This document shows, in pieces, positions 60,794 through 64,000 of a stretch of DNA of 64,000 bases. A program made the translations under genes and the position numbers. Within the stretch, counting starts at the first letter, position 1, and each line of letters begins with the position of its first letter. The notes beneath the pieces are model-generated. The model was not told the DNA's origin. It was given only the letters and a program-made list of their open reading frames with translations, and ran no database searches. The stretch comes from Candidatus Poribacteria bacterium (GTDB lineage Bacteria > Poribacteria > WGA-4E > WGA-3G), in the NCBI GenBank assembly GCA_022827885.1, contig JAJEIP010000066.1, positions 33,847 through 97,846 on the forward strand. The letters run 5' to 3'.

Positions 60794-62179
60794 TTAACCA
60801 AGTTGATACTCTCTTGAAGCCACGATTAACTGGAGCATACTCACGACTCGTTCTTGGTTCTCCTCCGCAGCGTCATCATCGCCAAGGTTGAGTTCACCGT
60901 TCGCTTCCGCAAATTGCGTGAGATACTCACGAGTGGTGTCCCCTATCGTCAGGGGTCCAGTGAGTTCAAGGCATTCGTCCACAAATGCTTCTGGCGAGAG
61001 TGAACCCCCGTTGTTTTTCAGACGTGTGAGGATGTCCTGAATTCCGGGTTTCGATGCGTCGCTAACTTCACGAACAGCGAAGTTGACGCGAGCGGTGAGC
61101 AGCCCCCCATCGATCCACTCTTTACCGGTATGCCACCCTTCTACGGTGGGCGGATCCATGAGTTTCTGTCCCATTAATTGCGTCGCACTGGCGTACTGCC
61201 CTATTCCGGGTTGCGGACCTTGGAAGGTGCCTACCAGTTTCACGATCCCTGTGACGAGTTCCGTCGGGCTTTTCACCTTCTTGAATTGGGCTTCTTTGAA
61301 GAAGTCGGAATTGAAAAGGACGCTGAGGACGTGGGATATATTCCCGTCGGATGCCATGAATGCGTCCGAGAGCGTCTCGATCGCTTCCGGATCTTGCGGC
61401 GGTGTCACGTTCCATGATGGCACTTGTGGTTCGTCTGCGACAAAGAAGTTGTAGAGGTGTCTGGAGATAAATCTGGCACACGCCGGTTGTTCGACGATGA
61501 TGTCAATGATGTCTTCACCGTTGAGATTTCCAGTATGCCCCAAGAAGGTTTTCTCGCAGTCGTCGTGTTCCGCTTCATCGAACAAAAAGGGCGGCGAGTA
61601 GTAACCGTGCGGATACAGCGGAATCGGCTGTCCGAATGTCCACCCTGTGAAAGCGAGCGCGCAGCTCTTTATGTCATCTTCACTGTAGTTGCCCACCCCT
61701 AATGAGAAAAGTTCGAGGAGCTCCCTCCCGTAGTTCTCGTTGGGTTCGCCCTTACGATTTTCGTTATTGTCGAGCCAAAAGATCATCGCCGGATCTTTGG
61801 AGAGTTCGAGTAGGATGTCCCGCATCTGTCCCATACCGACGCGTCGCAGCATATCAATCTGGTCCGAAGACGCGAGGATGTGCTGATTCTTGCCTAACCC
61901 CGTTGCAAAAACATGGTGCCAGAAGAGTGCCATCTTCTCTTGAAGTGGACACCGACTGTTCAGCATCCGGTAGATCCAGATACCGACATAAGCACCTTCA
62001 CCGCCGAAGTAGCGTTCTAAAATGTCTTCATCAATGGGGGTCCCGCGTTCAGGATGGACGAGAGCGTCAACGACATTCTCGTATCCCTTTTCCACGTAGG
62101 CTTCCAGCTCGGTGCGGGTTGTTCCAAACCCTGCGCGGCGCATGAGGTGCGCCATTAACGCAACATCATTCGTTGACAT
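60794..62179 (-). CDS. DUF1800 domain protein
   Basis: AHLMRRAGFG, LQEKMALFWHHVFAT, PAMIFWLDN, PNENYGRELLELFSLG, PPTVEGW. Confidence 0.9.
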   Translation of the reverse strand: MSTNDVALMAHLMRRAGFGTTRTELEAYVEKGYENVVDALVHPERGTPIDEDILERYFGGEGAYVGIWIYRMLNSRCPLQEKMALFWHHVFATGLGKNQHILASSDQIDMLRRVGMGQMRDILLELSKDPAMIFWLDNNENRKGEPNENYGRELLELFSLGVGNYSEDDIKSCALAFTGWTFGQPIPLYPHGYYSPPFLFDEAEHDDCEKTFLGHTGNLNGEDIIDIIVEQPACARFISRHLYNFFVADEPQVPSWNVTPPQDPEAIETLSDAFMASDGNISHVLSVLFNSDFFKEAQFKKVKSPTELVTGIVKLVGTFQGPQPGIGQYASATQLMGQKLMDPPTVEGWHTGKEWIDGGLLTARVNFAVREVSDASKPGIQDILTRLKNNGGSLSPEAFVDECLELTGPLTIGDTTREYLTQFAEANGELNLGDDDAAEENQERVVSMLQLIVASREYQLG

Positions 62180-62481
62180 GTTCACCTCCGATACGTTCTG
62201 CGTGAGGCGAGCCCTCACGTGAGTAACTTTCGATGGAATACCGTTTTGTTGGTGAGGTTTCCCAACCGCGCAATTCTCGGTTCTGTGCAAACCTATAGAG
62301 ACTTGCAGGACAATGGATTGGAGAAACCGATTAAGATTGCCTCTATCTTATAATTAAAGTCAAAAAAATGTCAAGTTTTTTGTTTTCCTTAACCGCAGCG
62401 TCTGTCTCTTCTGTAGGACGGATCTCAGGGTCTCAACGCCTAACTGAGGACCGAAAATCGACACCTGATGACTAATTTTTA

Positions 62482-62618
62482 CATTTTTTTCAGATTATGC
62501 ACAATTCGTATTCTAAAAATGTGTCTTTAATAATAAAAGGAACTCTTTTTCTAACTGCTCTTAGGTCGAACACACGTTTTTTAGACGAAAAAGGAGATAA
62601 ACATGACATACCGACACA
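62482..62618 (+). repeat. ~137-bp promoter/leader/RBS block, directly repeated at about 63863-64000
   Basis: CAGATTATGCACAATTC...GTGTCTTTAA...GCTCTTAGGTCGAACACACGTTTTTTAGACGAAAAAGGAGATAAA..ATG present in both copies. Confidence 0.9.
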
Positions 62619-62715
62619 TCATCTGGTGGGTGAAGGTGGCGCGAGTACCGGCATCCCGCTCGCCGTCGAACCGCACGGAAAACTCACAACAACCTGGGGA
62701 CAACTGAAGCAATGA
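62603..62715 (+). pseudogene. Internally deleted gene remnant: start codon joined, out of frame, to a Poribacteria-type C-terminal tail
   Basis: AAGGAG RBS + ATG ACA TAC CGA CAC (compare ATG ATA CAC CGA CAC at 63985), then LAVEPHGKLTTTWGQLKQ* in another frame. Confidence 0.65.
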
Positions 62716-63809
62716 AATCTCTAAAAAAACGTATTGTTATTGGTGTTTCTGTTTTCATTTTCTCGCTTATGCAAATAGAATCCTTTGCGGGTGAGGAATG
62801 GCAACGGATAACGCAACTTCCCACGAAGAGATGGGAATTCTCGACCGCAGTCGTGGCGGATAAGATTTATCTCATCGGTGGCAGTCTCTTTGAAAACCAT
62901 GCCGGTCCGTTTGGACTTTCAACTGTGGAGGTCTATGACACGCAAACCAACACCTGGCAAAGAGGTGCAGATATGCCAACGCCACGCACGAATGCAAAAG
63001 CGGCTGTCGTCAATGGCACGGTCTATGTTTTTGGGGGATATAATTCAAAAGACAAATTCCTTCAGAATTGGAAAATGGCGGATCACGTAGAGGCATACGA
63101 TCCACGCACAGATACATGGACCCAGAAAAAAAAGATGCCGATTTCTCGCTTCTACTTCGGTCTGGCGGTGGTTGCTGGAAAAATCTATCTCATTGGGGGG
63201 ACAACAGGTCTCGGTGAGGGACAGGAACAACGGATAGCCCGCGTTGACATTTATGATCCTGCCACGGATACATGGGCGAAGGGTCCTAAAATGCCGACCC
63301 GGCGCGATCCTGGGGGTGTAGCGGTTGTCAGTGATCGTATTTATGTCATTGGCGGAGAAGGATGGCCACTCCCTAAAGAATGGGGGGCAGGCGAGTTTCT
63401 GGGGAGTATCGAGGAATATGACCCGATAAACCGTCAATGGCGAAAGAAGAAGGATCTGTTAGAAGTCAAAAATTGGTTCTCGAGTGTTGTTGTTGGGAAT
63501 GACATCTATCTGATTGGGGGTTACACACGCGAAGGCGGCTTTCGGGAAGTCGCAACTGTGAATGTGTATCATCCACGGACGGAGACGTGGCGCGAAATTT
63601 CAGCATTACCAAACCCACTTGGCACTTTTGATGCAGCGACGGTCAACGGAAAGATTTATGTCTTGGGAAGTCTCGGGGCAGATGCGCGATTTTCTACAGA
63701 TGTTCTCGTCTACGATGCCGGATTTCGTGCCGTCGAAGCAACAGGTAAAATGCTGACACGCTGGGGAAAACTCAAAGCAGAACCACAGAGACAACCTCAA
63801 AGAGACTGA
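62712..63809 (+). CDS. Secreted Kelch-repeat beta-propeller protein with Poribacteria-type C-terminal tail
   Basis: Repeated KIYLIGG..VEVYD..TxTW units; AVEATGKMLTRWGKLK. Confidence 0.9.
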   Translation: MKSLKKRIVIGVSVFIFSLMQIESFAGEEWQRITQLPTKRWEFSTAVVADKIYLIGGSLFENHAGPFGLSTVEVYDTQTNTWQRGADMPTPRTNAKAAVVNGTVYVFGGYNSKDKFLQNWKMADHVEAYDPRTDTWTQKKKMPISRFYFGLAVVAGKIYLIGGTTGLGEGQEQRIARVDIYDPATDTWAKGPKMPTRRDPGGVAVVSDRIYVIGGEGWPLPKEWGAGEFLGSIEEYDPINRQWRKKKDLLEVKNWFSSVVVGNDIYLIGGYTREGGFREVATVNVYHPRTETWREISALPNPLGTFDAATVNGKIYVLGSLGADARFSTDVLVYDAGFRAVEATGKMLTRWGKLKAEPQRQPQRD

Positions 63810-63984
63810 TTGATGACCGGCGATTGCGCATAGTTAACTGCTAATCGCTGTTCCTTTTTTTGCATTTTTCTCAGATTATGCACAATTCAGATTCTAAAAT
63901 TGTGTCTTTAAATAATAAAAGGGACTCTTTTTTGAACGCTCTTAGGTCGAACACACGTTTTTTAGACGAAAAAGGAGATAAAAA

Positions 63985-64000
63985 ATGATACACCGACACA
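63985..64000 (+). CDS. Start of the next CDS (partial)
   Basis: AAGGAG RBS then ATG ATA CAC CGA CAC at the window edge. Confidence 0.45.

Overview
Bacterial chromosomal window, most likely Candidatus Poribacteria or a relative. This is inferred from the recurring C-terminal 'AVxxxGKLxTxWGxxK' tail on secreted proteins, the expansion of PhyH dioxygenases, and LamG, TPR, ASPIC/UnbV, NHL and Kelch proteins. It contains an 11-gene complex I operon (nuoABCDHIJKLMN, no nuoEFG), tRNA-Gln(CTG) and tRNA-Glu(CTC), many sugar and acid catabolic enzymes, four PhyH genes, a TonB-dependent receptor followed by a tandem array of paralogous lipoproteins, and a DUF1800-DUF1501-NHL operon. Main discovery: two adjacent minus-strand ORFs (56445..58202 and 56103..56429) form one reading frame split by an in-frame UGA in the motif WGAFDDESC-U-GTGKTLR, followed by a bacterial SECIS-like hairpin. 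The joined protein is a membrane-anchored ECF sigma factor fused to a domain closely resembling animal selenoprotein N (SELENON). A candidate cognate promoter motif (TGCACA-N19-GTCTTTAA) lies upstream of this gene and twice more at 62.5 and 63.9 kb. Other notable items: a ~90-bp interspersed element that ends directly at start codons, an HxA-type PhyH (halogenase-like), a large insertion in NuoI, an hsdS relic and a tandem-duplication scar. All family assignments come from motif recognition by eye; no searches were run.
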